DNA from: Azolla caroliniana | Taxonomy: Eukaryota > Plantae > Polypodiophyta | Direction: 5' to 3' | Length of the DNA: 64,000 nucleotides | Assembly (NCBI GenBank): GCA_043228905.1 | Contig: JBHGNT010000005.1 | Span: 16,244,001-16,308,000, forward strand | In this document: in pieces, positions 1 to 11,887 of the stretch | Numbering within the stretch: the first letter of the stretch is position 1 | Layout: each line of letters opens with the position of its first letter | Notes under the pieces: generated by a model | The model's database searches: none | What the model saw: only the letters and a program-made list of their open reading frames with translations | Told to the model about the DNA's origin: nothing | Program-made: the position numbers and the translations under genes

Positions 1-1043
1 CAGAAAACCTCTGATAGAGGTAGCATGTAATTTTGAATGTAAGAGGCGTATCGTAATAGAGTTCTATCTTCTCTGATATCTGTGTGTAGCTACAGCTAAT
101 CTACTGTGTGTCTGTAACACTTGAGAGCATAGGAGTAAGTAACGGTGTGCGCGCTAGCCCACTATCAAAGGAGCTCAGTTGTAGCCGTCTCCCTTATACG
201 TTGTCGTGTGGCGCGTGACACACGTGCCAAACGTCGGGATGTGTGCGTCACAAGCACGGACAAGCACCGAGCCTCTATCCGCTAGTGGTTATGGAGTATT
301 GATGATGGGCGGCTGAAGTGATGCACTAATGTCATTAGAGTGAGAGAGAGTGAAAAAATAATAATAAATTGAGGAAGTTTTTAAGATAGATAGATAGATA
401 AACGCATATCACCAATAAGAAAACTAAGTTTTCTTATTATTAATTTTCGATTTGATACATAGATTGATTCATAGATTGTTTGATTCATCCATTGATTGAT
501 CCCCCCCCTTACACAAGCCTTACGAGGGTTTTTATAGGTCTATCCACCCTTCTAACATGCATAAAACCATGGGCTTGAACTCATGGTTTTTGGGCACACG
601 GTTTTCGTTGTGGCATGCACAAAACCATAGGCTAAAACCATGGTTTTGTGTACACAGTTTTGTATGTTTGTTTCCTATGGAATACTAAATATGAGAAGGA
701 AATATACAAAATCTAAAGCACTTAGTAGTAGCTTTAGTGGTAAGATAATTGCTTCCTATCTTAGAAGTGCAAGGTTCAAATCTTGCTTGCGCCTTTCTAT
801 ATGCACTTGAATGTCATCAGACCCTGGGCTAATTTTCATATTTATAATCATGTGTATAATGTGTGTGGAGCCACACTATTTCACAATTTCTCCCATTGGA
901 CACAGAACATCACGACAACACTACTAGGTTACGGGGAATATCCCACTAAGTATTACGCACAGACGCTACCATTCGTTGTCACACAGTCACTTGGAGGTCT
1001 AGGTCAAAGGACTGACCGTAGACTGTGTTCCTAGTCGGTAACA
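1..1043 (+). repeat. 5' LTR of element A (partial, interrupted by solo LTR 202-917)
   Basis: Near-identical to 12014-12303 (about 6 substitutions and a ~33-bp indel at 147-179); ends CGGTAACA. Confidence 0.93.
202..917 (-). mobile_element. Solo LTR (TGTCGTG...CACGACA type) inserted in the A 5' LTR
   Basis: Absent from the A 3' LTR; TG..CA ends with inverted TGTCGTG/CACGACA; flanks ACGT/ACAC; minus-strand TATA near 530. Confidence 0.85.
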
Positions 1044-1047
1044 CTTT

Positions 1048-1062
1048 TGGCACGCTTGGTGA
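1048..1062 (+). other. Primer-binding site of A (tRNA-Arg type)
   Basis: TGGCACGCTTGGTG 4 nt after the LTR end; resembles the complement of the plant tRNA-Arg(UCU) 3' end as recalled, with decay. Confidence 0.75.
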
Positions 1063-1111
1063 TATGTGTCTTCTCACAGACGAACAACGACGAATGGATG
1101 TTTAGCCGTAG

Positions 1112-2560
1112 ATGCCCAGAGAACCAACACGACCAGACCGGCCAATCACAAGGTCCATCACACACCAGGCAGAGGAACACGCACGTCAAAAGTCTCGCCT
1201 CAACGACCTCAACACTACCTGTCAGGACCACAAAGGTGATTTCCCGCTCTCCAAATACCTCGATGATACGCGGGAAGCACGCGCACCACACCAGCACTGT
1301 GGTCTTTCCCTGCCCGCCATAGCCCCCAGCATGGCCTTTGCCTATCCCCGCTTTAATAGCGAAACCGACGCCGCAACCCACATTCGCCTGTTCCTCAATG
1401 TCTGGAATGCAAACCACATGGCGCAGAGCCTTTCTGAGGCAGTAGCGCACCAGTCCAAAATGACGGAGTTCGGGTTAACATTGGATGGGCGAGCGGTGTT
1501 TTGGCATTCACAGATGGATTTGCCAGTAATCACGACCTTCGACCAACTGCAGTCCGCCTTTTTGCGGTTCTTCCATCGGAGGGTTCCACAACGCGAAATC
1601 CTCGGACAATTCTACACAATTAAGTAGCTGCCGACCGAGACGATCGCGGATTTCAGCTTACGTTTCCAAAATTTACGGCGGAAACTAGAACGGGGCCATG
1701 CGGAGGACCAAGCTCGGGAGACATTTTTGGCGGCATTACGCCGACCTATACGAACAACGATCAACAACAATAGCGTGAAAGGGGAAATAGCCGATATGGT
1801 CATCGAACGAGCGTTATAGCTCGAGTTGGACGGTGAAGAGGAAAGGTTTTTTATGTCGTCATTACGACAAGCATTACCTCAGGACGAGGAACGACATTTT
1901 CGTCAAGCAATCCAATGCACGATTTGCTTGAATTCGGGGCATTCCGCAATGGAGTGCAACATGCGAATCCACTGCCCAATCTGTCACTCGAAGGCTCACA
2001 CAGTCGAGTAGTGCGAATACAATATGCTGAACAGAGTTGCTCCCACAGTACACAGCATGGACACACAACATCCCCCACGCCGTACTGAACAAAGGGGGCA
2101 AGAAGACCGACCACAATATATGGATCACAACCCAAGTGACGACCGGCACTACCGAAATCACTGGAATCACAACGATTCCGAGGAAGACGAGCCAGAGGAT
2201 GAGGACTACCGTGGTCCCCCTAGATATGCTAAAGGGGGCCGGCGCTATCAGAATCACCGGCCGACAAACAAACGTGGCGGCTTCAATGGACCTCGTGGAA
2301 AGCAGCGGCAATATCGGGACCACCGGCAATATGACGAAAGCTCGGACGATGACAGGCACCAAGAACCACGCCGGGACCAACAGCAACCACCGCAAGCCGG
2401 ACCGTGAGGAGCAAGTTGCACCGGGGGACGGCACACACCACCAGGGGTCGAGAAGGGCAAATCTAGGATCCATTGTTTTGTTTGTCAGCAGCCCGGACAT
2501 TATGCCACACAATGCCCAGTACGCAAGGGCAAGGGGCCCGCCATCAATATGATTACGACA
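1112..2560 (+). pseudogene. gag: Gag of element A (stops and frameshifts)
   Basis: Retrotrans-gag-like segment; zinc knuckles CTICLNSGHSAMEC, CPICHSKAH and CFVCQQPGHYATQC. Confidence 0.85.
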
Positions 2561-5500
2561 GAAGTGCAGCAAGTCACGACACGTCAGCAAACAAAAATGG
2601 TTGATTGGGCCGCGCAAGATGAGATACGACGAACAGCCCAGGCATGGGTTGAAAAAGCAAACACGACAAATACGGAACGCATGCGGAAGGACTCCGCAAA
2701 AATGATGGAGCTAGTGGAGGACGAAGGACCGGCCCCAGACCCCATTTGGCAAGCACTAGCAGGCTGCGAGATAACGTTAACCATGGAGAAGCTGTTGCAA
2801 CTAGTCCCACGCTTCCGCCAGACCGTGGAAGAGCGGGTGACGGGCATACCCGGGGAGAGCATCGCTATAAATTTCCCGGACATTAGCGGCGGATTGTCTG
2901 TAGTGGATCACCACAACCCGGCTATTACGTTGATATTACACGGTCAGGAAATCCCAGGATGCGTAATCGATGGGGGCTCGGGCGTTAGGAATTTCAGAAT
3001 GGGAGGCTTGCCCGTTCTGGCTCCGTATGGTAGATACCCGCTCAGTACGACCATTGGGGTTGATACACATGGTAGGCATTATCGTGGGAGGACATCGCTT
3101 CGACATCTCGGCGGTAGTCCTCACCCTAGATGCCCCAGGGGCGTACCTTGTGCTGTTGGGCATACCGTGGCTTTGTACATCGAATATCAAGCAGAGTTGG
3201 CAACACAAGTGTATCAGTTTTCGACACGGACGCACCAAGGTTCGCGTACCAACGGAGGAAAGGGCGACACAATCCAAGGGTATAACACCATTATACGTGA
3301 AAGATATAAATATGCTGGTTGGGGTGGATGATACAGAATTAGAGGCATACCTAAATGAGCACCCTCGGATTATTCCACTGTTCGAAATCGACGTCATCAC
3401 AACCGTGGCAGAATATGCCACGACCACTACTCTCCACGACGAGGCTTATGAACCAAACCCAGAGTCAATATTAGAACTAAGTAGAGCACGGGCAATGTTC
3501 AAGAGGGAAATGGAAATTTCACGACGAGTCACTGCCTCAACCCTGGAAGAAGTAAACGTGGGTACGGCGTTAGAACCCCGTTTCCTCTCCATCGCAAAAG
3601 AATTAAGGTCGGACCAAAGAGACGCGATGATCGAACTACGCAAGAAATATAAAGATGTGTTCACCTGGTCTCACGATGACATGAAGGGGTTAGATCCGAA
3701 GTTCTATCAACATAAGATTAATTTAGCAACCGACGCAAAACCGGTCCAGCAGCGTCGCTATCGCATGAACCTGAACTACGCAACCCGCATAAAGGAAGAA
3801 ATTGACAAACTTCTAAAGGCGGGATTCATACGGCCAGTTAAACAAGCCACATGGTTAAGTCTGATAGTAGTCGTTCCAAAGAAAAACGGCAAAATACGGG
3901 TATGCATGGATTACCGAAAATTAAACGTCGTAACCGTTACGGACACATTCCCTTTACCATTCACCGATAGCATACTGGACGCCGTCGCAGGGCATGGCAT
4001 GTACAGTTTTTTAGATGGCTTCAGTGGATACAACCAGGTAAGCATGCATCCCAATGACCAAGAGAAGAAGGCATTTGTCACGGACTGGGGAGTCTATGTG
4101 GCAGTCGTCATGATGTTCGGGTTAAAGATGGCATCGGCGACATTTCAACGGACAATCACGAAGATCTTTGGGGAATATATTCTGGCATTCATGCAAGTTT
4201 TTTTAGACAATTTTGCGGTATATGGGAAAACAACCGACCATTTTACGCATCTGCAACTGTGCCTGGAATGTTGCTGCACCGCACGCTTAAGCCCGAATCC
4301 CGCGAAATGTGCCTTCAGCGTTACCAGCGGGGCTCTCCTAGGCCATATAGTCAACAAGGAAGGGATAGCGATCAATCCGAACAAAATCTGCGCGATTATT
4401 CAAGCTAAAACTCCGACAAACACGAAATCACTTGGCATAGTCGGATGATACGATACTTGGCGGACTTCGCCACGCCGTTACATGCCGCCGTGCATTGGAC
4501 TCCCTTCCAATGGACTACAACAGAAGACAAGGCCTATGATGCGCTCAAGATAATGCTCATGCAGGCACCAGTTTGGGCGAAGCCATTCCACGTGTTCGTA
4601 GACGCCTCAGACATAGCAATAGGAAGTGCACTAATGTAGCTCACCGAACCGAATTGGTACCGGCCAGTGTACTACGCTAGTCACAAATTATCAACAACAG
4701 AGCATAACTATTCCACAACGGAGTGTGAGGCGTTGGGGATGATCTATAGCATCAATAAATTCTAGCATTAGCTGCTAGGGAGGAAATTCACGTTCCACGT
4801 AGATCATTCGGCACTGTTGTATTTGGTGGAGAAACAAGCACTGACGGGGAAATTGGCGCGATGGATGCTGCTACTTCAGGAATTCGATATTGTAATTCAA
4901 CACCACTCGGGGACGCAACACGCAGTGGTAGATTTTTTGAGCAAACTCGATAATGGAGAAACGGCGCAGAAGGACGATGACGACTTTCCGGATGCAGACA
5001 TTCTGCACGTAGCAGCACTAGCTTGAAGAACGGAAACGACCTTCCCAGACTGGTGGCTCATGCAAATGACATACTTTTTGACTACGGGACTACCTCCACC
5101 ACAATTATGCATGGACGAGAAGAAACAATTAGCCATCCCGAGCCGTAACGTCTGCCCGGTACAAGGAATCTTATATCACAAAGGTAGTGATAGCATTTGG
5201 CGACGTGGTGTACGCCAGGATGAGAAAGAAGCGGTCTTATGGGAGGCTCACTGCGGCACGACAGGCGGACACTACGCAGGCGATGTTACGGCCCGGAAAA
5301 TATGGCAAGCAGGCCTATGATGGCCGACTACACAGAAGGACGCGTACGAGTATTGCAGAAAGTGTGATTTGTGTCAACGGATGGGCCAGCCTACGGAGGG
5401 CGCAAGAATGCCACACTAGCCCGTATTACCATTAGATCCCTTCCAAAAGTGGGGATTGGATTTTGTGGGGCCCTTCACACCGGTGGCGGCCCATACGGGC

Positions 5501-6167
5501 AATAAATACATATTGGTAGCCATGGATTATTGCACCAAGTGGGTAGAAACAAAGGCACTACGAGAGAATACGGGGGCCGTCACAACGAGATTCCTTTACG
5601 AACACATTTGGTGTCGGTTCGGTTGTCCAATTGAGCTTATCAGTGATCAGGGGAGCCACTTTCTCAATACGGTCTTTCGTGAACTAACACATCATTACAC
5701 CGTAGTCCACAAGAAAAGTACGCCATATTATCCACAGGCGAATGGGTTGGCGGAATCCACCAACAAGACATTGCAGACCATATTAAAGAAAATCGTCAAT
5801 GAAAATAGAACAGACTGGGATACCAAATTACATAGTGCGTTATGGGCGTATAGAACCAGCTATAAAACAAGCATACAATCAACACCGTTCCGACTAGTGT
5901 TTGGGTTGGAGGTTGTTATGCCGGTAGAATTTCAGATACCCAGTTTACGGATTCAGGAACGGGACCGACTATCGAAAGCCAAGTCGGAGGAAGTACGGCT
6001 CCACCAGCTACTCGAACTCGGCGAAACACGCGTACATAGCATGGCTGTGTTGGAGCAGGAACAACGACGGCGTAAAGCGTTTGTGGATCAACATCGGAAC
6101 GCACGGGAAAAGGATTTCACGGTCGGTAGAGCGGTATTGGTTTTTCCAAACCCGCATGGGACATATG

Positions 6168-6906
6168 TGTTGGGAACTGGTCGTTCCTTATGCGCAACGC
6201 TCGGCCACAACCGAGCTTAGAATGATACACAGAAAACGGGAAACAAACACGACAAGAAGAAGAAGAGAATACACAGGAGGTTTACGTGGAAAACCCCAAA
6301 CTAGGGGAAAAACCACGGCAGCCCACAGGCTACAAACTGTCACTATGTAGGAATATACAACAGTGAGTTCACTGAGGCACCGACCTCGTGCTCACGTATC
6401 TTCACCACAGGCGGCGGTTACAACAGAGGCAACGACCTCTTTCTCTCTCTCCCCCTCTGTATAGTTACGCACACTAATCTCGTGCAAAACAGAAAATTGA
6501 CTACACATAAAGTTTGCCCTAAGTCATATTTATACTAATATGACTTTTCGGCTATTTACAAATGTAGCCTCGATGGGCTCTCAGAAACATATTTACGAAT
6601 ATGTCTCTTCCTTCGGTTCGCACCGGGTCTGCGTCATCCGGCTCTCCGTAGCCGGGTGCTCCTCATCCAGTTCTCACCGGTCTTGCACCATCCGGCTCTC
6701 CGTAGCCGGGTACTCCTCATCCGGCTCACACCGGGCCTGCACCATCCGGCTCTCCGTAGCCGGGTACTCCTCATCCGGTTCACACCGGACCTGCACCATC
6801 CGGCTCTCCGTAGCCGGGTACTCCTCATCCGGTTTCGGCCTTGGCCGAGATTGTTCGTAGGCACTGTTCTTCTCCCTTCCCATCCGGAGGGACCTGTCTC
6901 CCAACA
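6168..6906 (-). mobile_element. Copia solo LTR (related to element K LTRs)
   Basis: TGTTGGG...CCCAACA; exact 5-bp TSD ATATG; shares motifs with the 58953-59559 LTR in reverse orientation. Confidence 0.92.
6620..6840. repeat. About four copies of a 54-bp tandem repeat in U3 of the solo LTR
   Basis: Repeated CATCCGGCTCTCCGTAGCCGGGTACTCCTCATCCGG. Confidence 0.85.
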
Positions 6907-7224
6907 ATATGCTAGGAAAATTACGATTCCGCTGGACAGGCCCGTACTAGATAGTAGGAGGGGAAAAAGGCATGTTTCAACTGGGCATGTTGGCCGGGGA
7001 AGTATTACGACAGAAAGTGAATGGGTTTCGCCTTAAACCTTATCTAGGACCTACGCCACCTAACCCATTCCCCGCCGGACAGGACAAAGCCGACGAACCT
7101 GCGGCATAAGTGGACGACCTTACTTGTATCATAGTGTAAAAATAGGCTTGTATGTAACCGTTACAAAAAAAAAAGAAAAAAAAAAGAAAAAGAGAAGATA
7201 GCGACACTATTAAAAAAGGACTGA

Positions 7225-8242
7225 ATGTATGCACAGACTTCTAGACCAACAACACGCAGCACCACAATGGCTCACCGCCCAATGAATCCTAGGCCACAAA
7301 AAGAAGTAAATAGAAGGTCTTCTCCACAATACAAAAATCCACCTCCTAACTCTCAGCGCTCTCATCGCTCCCCTCCCTCACCTTCTTCTCCATCCTATCA
7401 CAGAGCTCAAGCCCACCGTAACCAACAATCTTCCCCCCACGAGCCTACTCTAAGTATGCCGATATTTATCTCTAACGCTTTACGTCGATGGCTCGTGGAG
7501 AAACGCATCAACGGGTACATCAAGGTCGCAGAGGCACCTCCACACCCAGATGCATTGGACATCTCCAGAAAGCTCAACATTGACACAGTCACCAACTCAT
7601 CCATCCGGAAAAAGTTGGACTTGTCATCACTACGAGAAAGGCATTTTGAAATCCCTCTTGCGGAGTCGCTGTAGAGATATTTCGGTCCATATTCGTCCTC
7701 CGCCAAGGCATTTAGAATGAAGGAGATCCCAGATCCCTTTTTCCGCGAAGTTGCCAAGTTCCTATTAGAGGTCGGATGCGTACATGTAAACACATATGGG
7801 ATGCCCAAGCAGAAGGCAAGTATCATTATCGATACCTTTGAAGGGCGTCCGGTCGATTGGGGGGTCATCACGGGGCCAGCGTTAAGGGAAGGCCTGCATG
7901 CGTATCAAGGAGGCAAGAAGCTCAAGCCTATCATACAACAGTACCTGACGGTACTATTCCCACCCTGAGGCCTGCCAGCACCGCAATCCAGCAGGCCCAC
8001 GCCGCCGCCTCGATCCGCGAAGCGCAGGTTAGCGGAGTTAGCCACCACAGAGTGGGAGGATGAACCCCAACCCGCCCAGCCGGACACACGGACCACCCAC
8101 ACAGGACGATCGCGACACCGTGAGAAGCCCTCTCGACCAAGCAAGGGAGCCACAACACGATGCACCTACGGGTCCTACGCCGTCCCCGGACACGAACACC
8201 GCAGTAGAGCCAAACATCAGGGCCATTTTGGAAGAAGATTAA
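7225..8242 (+). pseudogene. Accessory ORF between pol and 3' LTR of A (unknown function)
   Basis: Broken ORF homologous to the element G extra ORF (DTVTN, FEGRPVDWGVITG, C-terminal ILEED). Confidence 0.75.
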
Positions 8243-8999
8243 AGGGATGGGTCCGACGTTGTCGTGCCTTTCGGCTCCGGATCGTTTGCGTGAGTCGGGT
8301 GGGAACCGCCGAGGTTTTGGACTAGGAGAAAGAAGAATATGAGATGAGGCTAGTAATGGATAGATTATTAGAAAGAGAGATAGAAATTTCGTGAATCCCA
8401 CGAGTATATTTTATTCGATTAATCAATATTTAGATAAGAATATGTATTTAGATTGAAAGAAAGATATAAGAAACTTGTGAATCCCACAAGTATAGATTAT
8501 ATTATTTTCGTGAATCCCACGATTATATTAATCGGTTGGTGTTTTCGGAAATATATCCAATTTCCAAATATTTCACACCTATTACATTGTGCTCCCCATC
8601 CTTATGTAGTGATGGGAGAGACTAAGCATAACTACATGCTTTTTCTAATATGTTCATGCACACTACATGTGCATGTGATGCTTTTCTAATCCTTGCTTTT
8701 ATTTGCTAAATATAGTGCTCATGCACGCAAGATGTGCATGAGTTACTTTTTAGTTGCTTGCGTTTTTTTCTATAAAATATTCACGCACTCTAAAAAATGC
8801 ATGATTTACCTTTTAATAAAGGTAGACGCAAATAAAGCACTTATAGTTATTAAATCTATTTGTAGAACACTAAAGATAAGGTAGCATAATGGTAAAGTTG
8901 AGGTTTGGCTACGTGGAGGTACAAGGTTTGAATCTTGCCCTATGCACGTGATAAATATCTTGATATATTATTTTATTTATTTATATGTAATTAAATCGG

Positions 9000-11027
9000 T
9001 TATATTATTTTTACTTTTTCACGTAGTGTACGAAATACACTACGACACTCGCCCCCTCCGAACCCGCACATCCTCCGGTATGTGCCGAAGTTGCCGATGC
9101 TCGTTGTCTCCCCTTCATCCTCCGTTTGTCCCGCTATGTCAACTTTGTCTCTCCATTTTGAGTAGACCCATTCTTTCCACCCGAACCATTGTCGCCATCC
9201 GATCCACCATATTCTTTGTTCTCTCTCGTCATATTCTTGGCCCTTGTCATTCGTGGTAGTGTCTTTTACTGGCCTCTTTCTTGTCTTCATCAACCTTGAC
9301 TTTTTTCCGGATCGCCCTCGTCCGATCGACTTTCGGTTTGATCGGCTTCCGATCGGATTCGTATTCGGCCGAATCGGAATCAGTTGTTCGGTTTCGATTG
9401 AGTCGGTCTCCTTCCGGCCCGATTTCGATCTATCGGTTTCGGTTTCGGTTGGCTTTCTTTTCCTCGTTTTCACCAGCCTCGACCGGTCCAACCTCCGGTT
9501 GAGTCGGATTAGCTTCTTTCCGGATCGGTCTCGTCCGATCGGCTTTCGGCTAGGTCGGCCTCCATCCATATTCGCGTTCGGCCAAGTCAGACTCAGTCGA
9601 TCGGTTTTGACCGAGTCGACCCCTTTTCGGGTCGGCTTTCTTTCGGGTCGTCTTTCGGTTGAATCCCCTTTCACCCGGTTCGGCTTTCTTTCGGTTCGTC
9701 TTTTGGCCGAATCGTCTTTTACCCGGTTCGGCTTTCTTTCAGATCGGAATCCCGTCCGGATCACCTTCCATCCGAACCAGCTTTCGACTTTACCTTTCTT
9801 GCCACCACCTCCTGTCTCTCCGGTCTCATGTTGGTTCTCGGACACAACCGCCGAAGTCTCTAGGATTAGTGGGTAGGAATCCTCGGTATTATCATCCTCC
9901 ATTGTTTCACCCATAGCCATATTCTCGGCTATCTCTCCGTCGTATGCATCGACTTCGACCTTTGTTTTCTCTCCGCCACCTTCCGTCTCTCCGGTCTCAC
10001 GTTGCCTTTCGAACGCAACCGCCGGAGTCTCTGGAATCAGTGGTGGAGAAATCTCGATATGGCCATCCGCCATTGATTCGTCCATAGCCACCTTCGATTC
10101 GATGTCATCTTTCTTGGTGACCTCCTCAATCAAGTCCTCCTTGCTCTCTTTCACTGCATCAATTATGGAAACATCAATTATGCTTACCCCTTTTTCACCT
10201 GATGTTTCGGACACTTGTATTCCGAAATCTTCTTCTACACTTGGGTTATCGGCCTTATCCTTCGCCGTCGTTCTTTCGCAAGACAAGAGGGTAGCTTGTT
10301 TTACACCCTCTTCCGTCGCACCATCATGTTGTATTTCGGCCTTCAAATCGGCTCCATCGTTTGTCTTCAATCGACCATCCTTCATCGGCCATGTCGTTGA
10401 CAAGATTCTCATCTTCCTCTCATCATGTCTCCGGCATACCCTTTGGACTTCGGCCCAATCTTCGGTAAGACCATTCGTACCTTCATCGTCTTCGAGTTCG
10501 ATCCCGATGTCCATCCTTTCTTTTCGATCGATCGATTTTACGAACATTAGGACTTTATCCTCCCCCACCAACCGTTGTTCCCGCTCCGAGAGTTGAGCAA
10601 GACGATGCTCGAACTCTAGGAATGCTTGTGTTGCACTTCGGTGGGTCTTCTCCGATGCCACCCATTCGTCGAATTTTCGCCGATCTTGTCCCTTTGATCT
10701 CTTGTAATCATATGCCTCTCGTAAAGCTTCTTCGAATGACCCCCATGTCGAGTTTTGTTGCCGTATCTTGTGGATTCTCTCTTGTAGCTCATCCGTGGCC
10801 ACCCGATTGAAGGATGTCACTTGCAATCCTTCCGGTATCCCACATCGTATCATCTCCGCCTTGTAGTCACGTAGATAGCGTGACACATCGTTTCCGTTGA
10901 ATTGTCCGTTTCGTCGCACAAGCCGCTCTACTGCCGCCGTGATCTCCGACATCACTCGTTGTTCTTGTAGCATCCGCTCGAACATCATCATCATCGTTAT
11001 GCTCATTGCCTCTTGTTGATTCTCCAT
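9000..11027 (-). CDS. Gag-like protein (675 aa) with acidic and K/R-rich repetitive tail
   Basis: Open from the first ATG after the PBS; N-terminus (GQFNGNDVSRYLRDYKAEM) homologous to element C gag; stop lies within the 3' LTR. Confidence 0.75.
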   Translation of the reverse strand: MENQQEAMSITMMMMFERMLQEQRVMSEITAAVERLVRRNGQFNGNDVSRYLRDYKAEMIRCGIPEGLQVTSFNRVATDELQERIHKIRQQNSTWGSFEEALREAYDYKRSKGQDRRKFDEWVASEKTHRSATQAFLEFEHRLAQLSEREQRLVGEDKVLMFVKSIDRKERMDIGIELEDDEGTNGLTEDWAEVQRVCRRHDERKMRILSTTWPMKDGRLKTNDGADLKAEIQHDGATEEGVKQATLLSCERTTAKDKADNPSVEEDFGIQVSETSGEKGVSIIDVSIIDAVKESKEDLIEEVTKKDDIESKVAMDESMADGHIEISPPLIPETPAVAFERQRETGETEGGGEKTKVEVDAYDGEIAENMAMGETMEDDNTEDSYPLILETSAVVSENQHETGETGGGGKKGKVESWFGWKVIRTGFRSERKPNRVKDDSAKRRTERKPNRVKGDSTERRPERKPTRKGVDSVKTDRLSLTWPNANMDGGRPSRKPIGRDRSGKKLIRLNRRLDRSRLVKTRKRKPTETETDRSKSGRKETDSIETEQLIPIRPNTNPIGSRSNRKSIGRGRSGKKSRLMKTRKRPVKDTTTNDKGQEYDEREQRIWWIGWRQWFGWKEWVYSKWRDKVDIAGQTEDEGETTSIGNFGTYRRMCGFGGGECRSVFRTLREKVKII

Positions 11028-11045
11028 CTCCTTGCCACCCGCCTT

Positions 11046-11061
11046 CACGTCGGGTTCACCA
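11046..11061 (-). other. PBS of element B, tRNA-Trp type
   Basis: TGGTGAACCCGACGTG is complementary to the plant tRNA-Trp 3' end (CACGUCGGGUUCACCA); decayed copy at ~20949-20965 in element C. Confidence 0.8.
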
Positions 11062-11887
11062 ACTGTGTCGTGCCTTTCGGCTCCGGATCGTTTGCGTGAG
11101 TCGGGTGGGAACCGCCGAGGTTTTGGACTAGGAGAAAGAAGAATATGAGATGAGGCTAGTAATGGATAGATTATTAGAAAGAGAGATAGAAATTTCGTGA
11201 ATCCCACGAGTATATTTTATTCGATTAATCAATATTTAGATAAGAATATGTATTTAGATTGAAAGAAAGATATAAGAAACTTGTGAATCCCACAAGTATA
11301 GATTATATTATTTTCGTGAATCCCACGATTATATTAATCGGTTGGTGTTTTCGGAAATATATCCAATTTCCAAATATTTCACACCTATTACATTGTGCTC
11401 CCCATCCTTATGTAGTGATGGGAGAGACTAAGCATAACTACATGCTTTTTCTAATATGTTCATGCACACTAAATGTGCATGTGATGCTTTTCTAATCCTT
11501 GCTTTTATTTGCTAAATATAGTGCTCATGCACGCAAGATGTGCATGAGTTACTTTTTAGTTGCTTGCGTTTTTTTCTATAAAATATTCACGCACTCTAAA
11601 AAATGCATGATTTACCTTTTAATAAAGGTAGGCGCAAATAAAGCACTTATAGTTATTAAATCTATTTGTAGAACACTAAAGATAAGGTAGCATAATGGTA
11701 AAGTTGAGGTTTGGCTATGTGGAGGTACAAGGTTCGAATCTTGCCCTATGCACGTGATAAATATCTTGATATATTATTTTATTTATTTATATGTAATTAA
11801 ATCGGTTATATTATTTTTACTTTTTCACGTAGTGTACGAAATACACTACGACAACGTGCCATGGCTCTGTCCCACAGGCGTGCCAGG

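Larger units (their letters stand above)
2549..7065 (+). pseudogene. pol: Pol of element A (PR, RT, RNase H, integrase), disrupted and split by solo LTR 6168-6906
   Basis: VIDGGSG protease; RT motifs SFLDGFSGYNQV and VFLDNF; RNase H FVDASDIAIG; integrase DFVGPF...LISDQGSHF...QANGLAE. Confidence 0.93.
8260..11853 (-). mobile_element. Young non-autonomous gag-only LTR retrotransposon B
   Basis: 788-bp LTRs 8260-9047 and 11066-11853 with 4 differences; 4-bp TSD ACGT; PBS TGGTGAACCCGACGTG (~11046-11061); PPT at 9048-9062; no pol. Confidence 0.95.

Noticed and set aside
8878-8945. Functional tRNA genes in LTRs
   Set aside because: No convincing acceptor or anticodon stems; only the boxes and a T-arm-like stem remain.
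9244-10596. Plus-strand ORFs of 210 and 164 aa
   Set aside because: Antisense shadows of the repetitive element B ORF.
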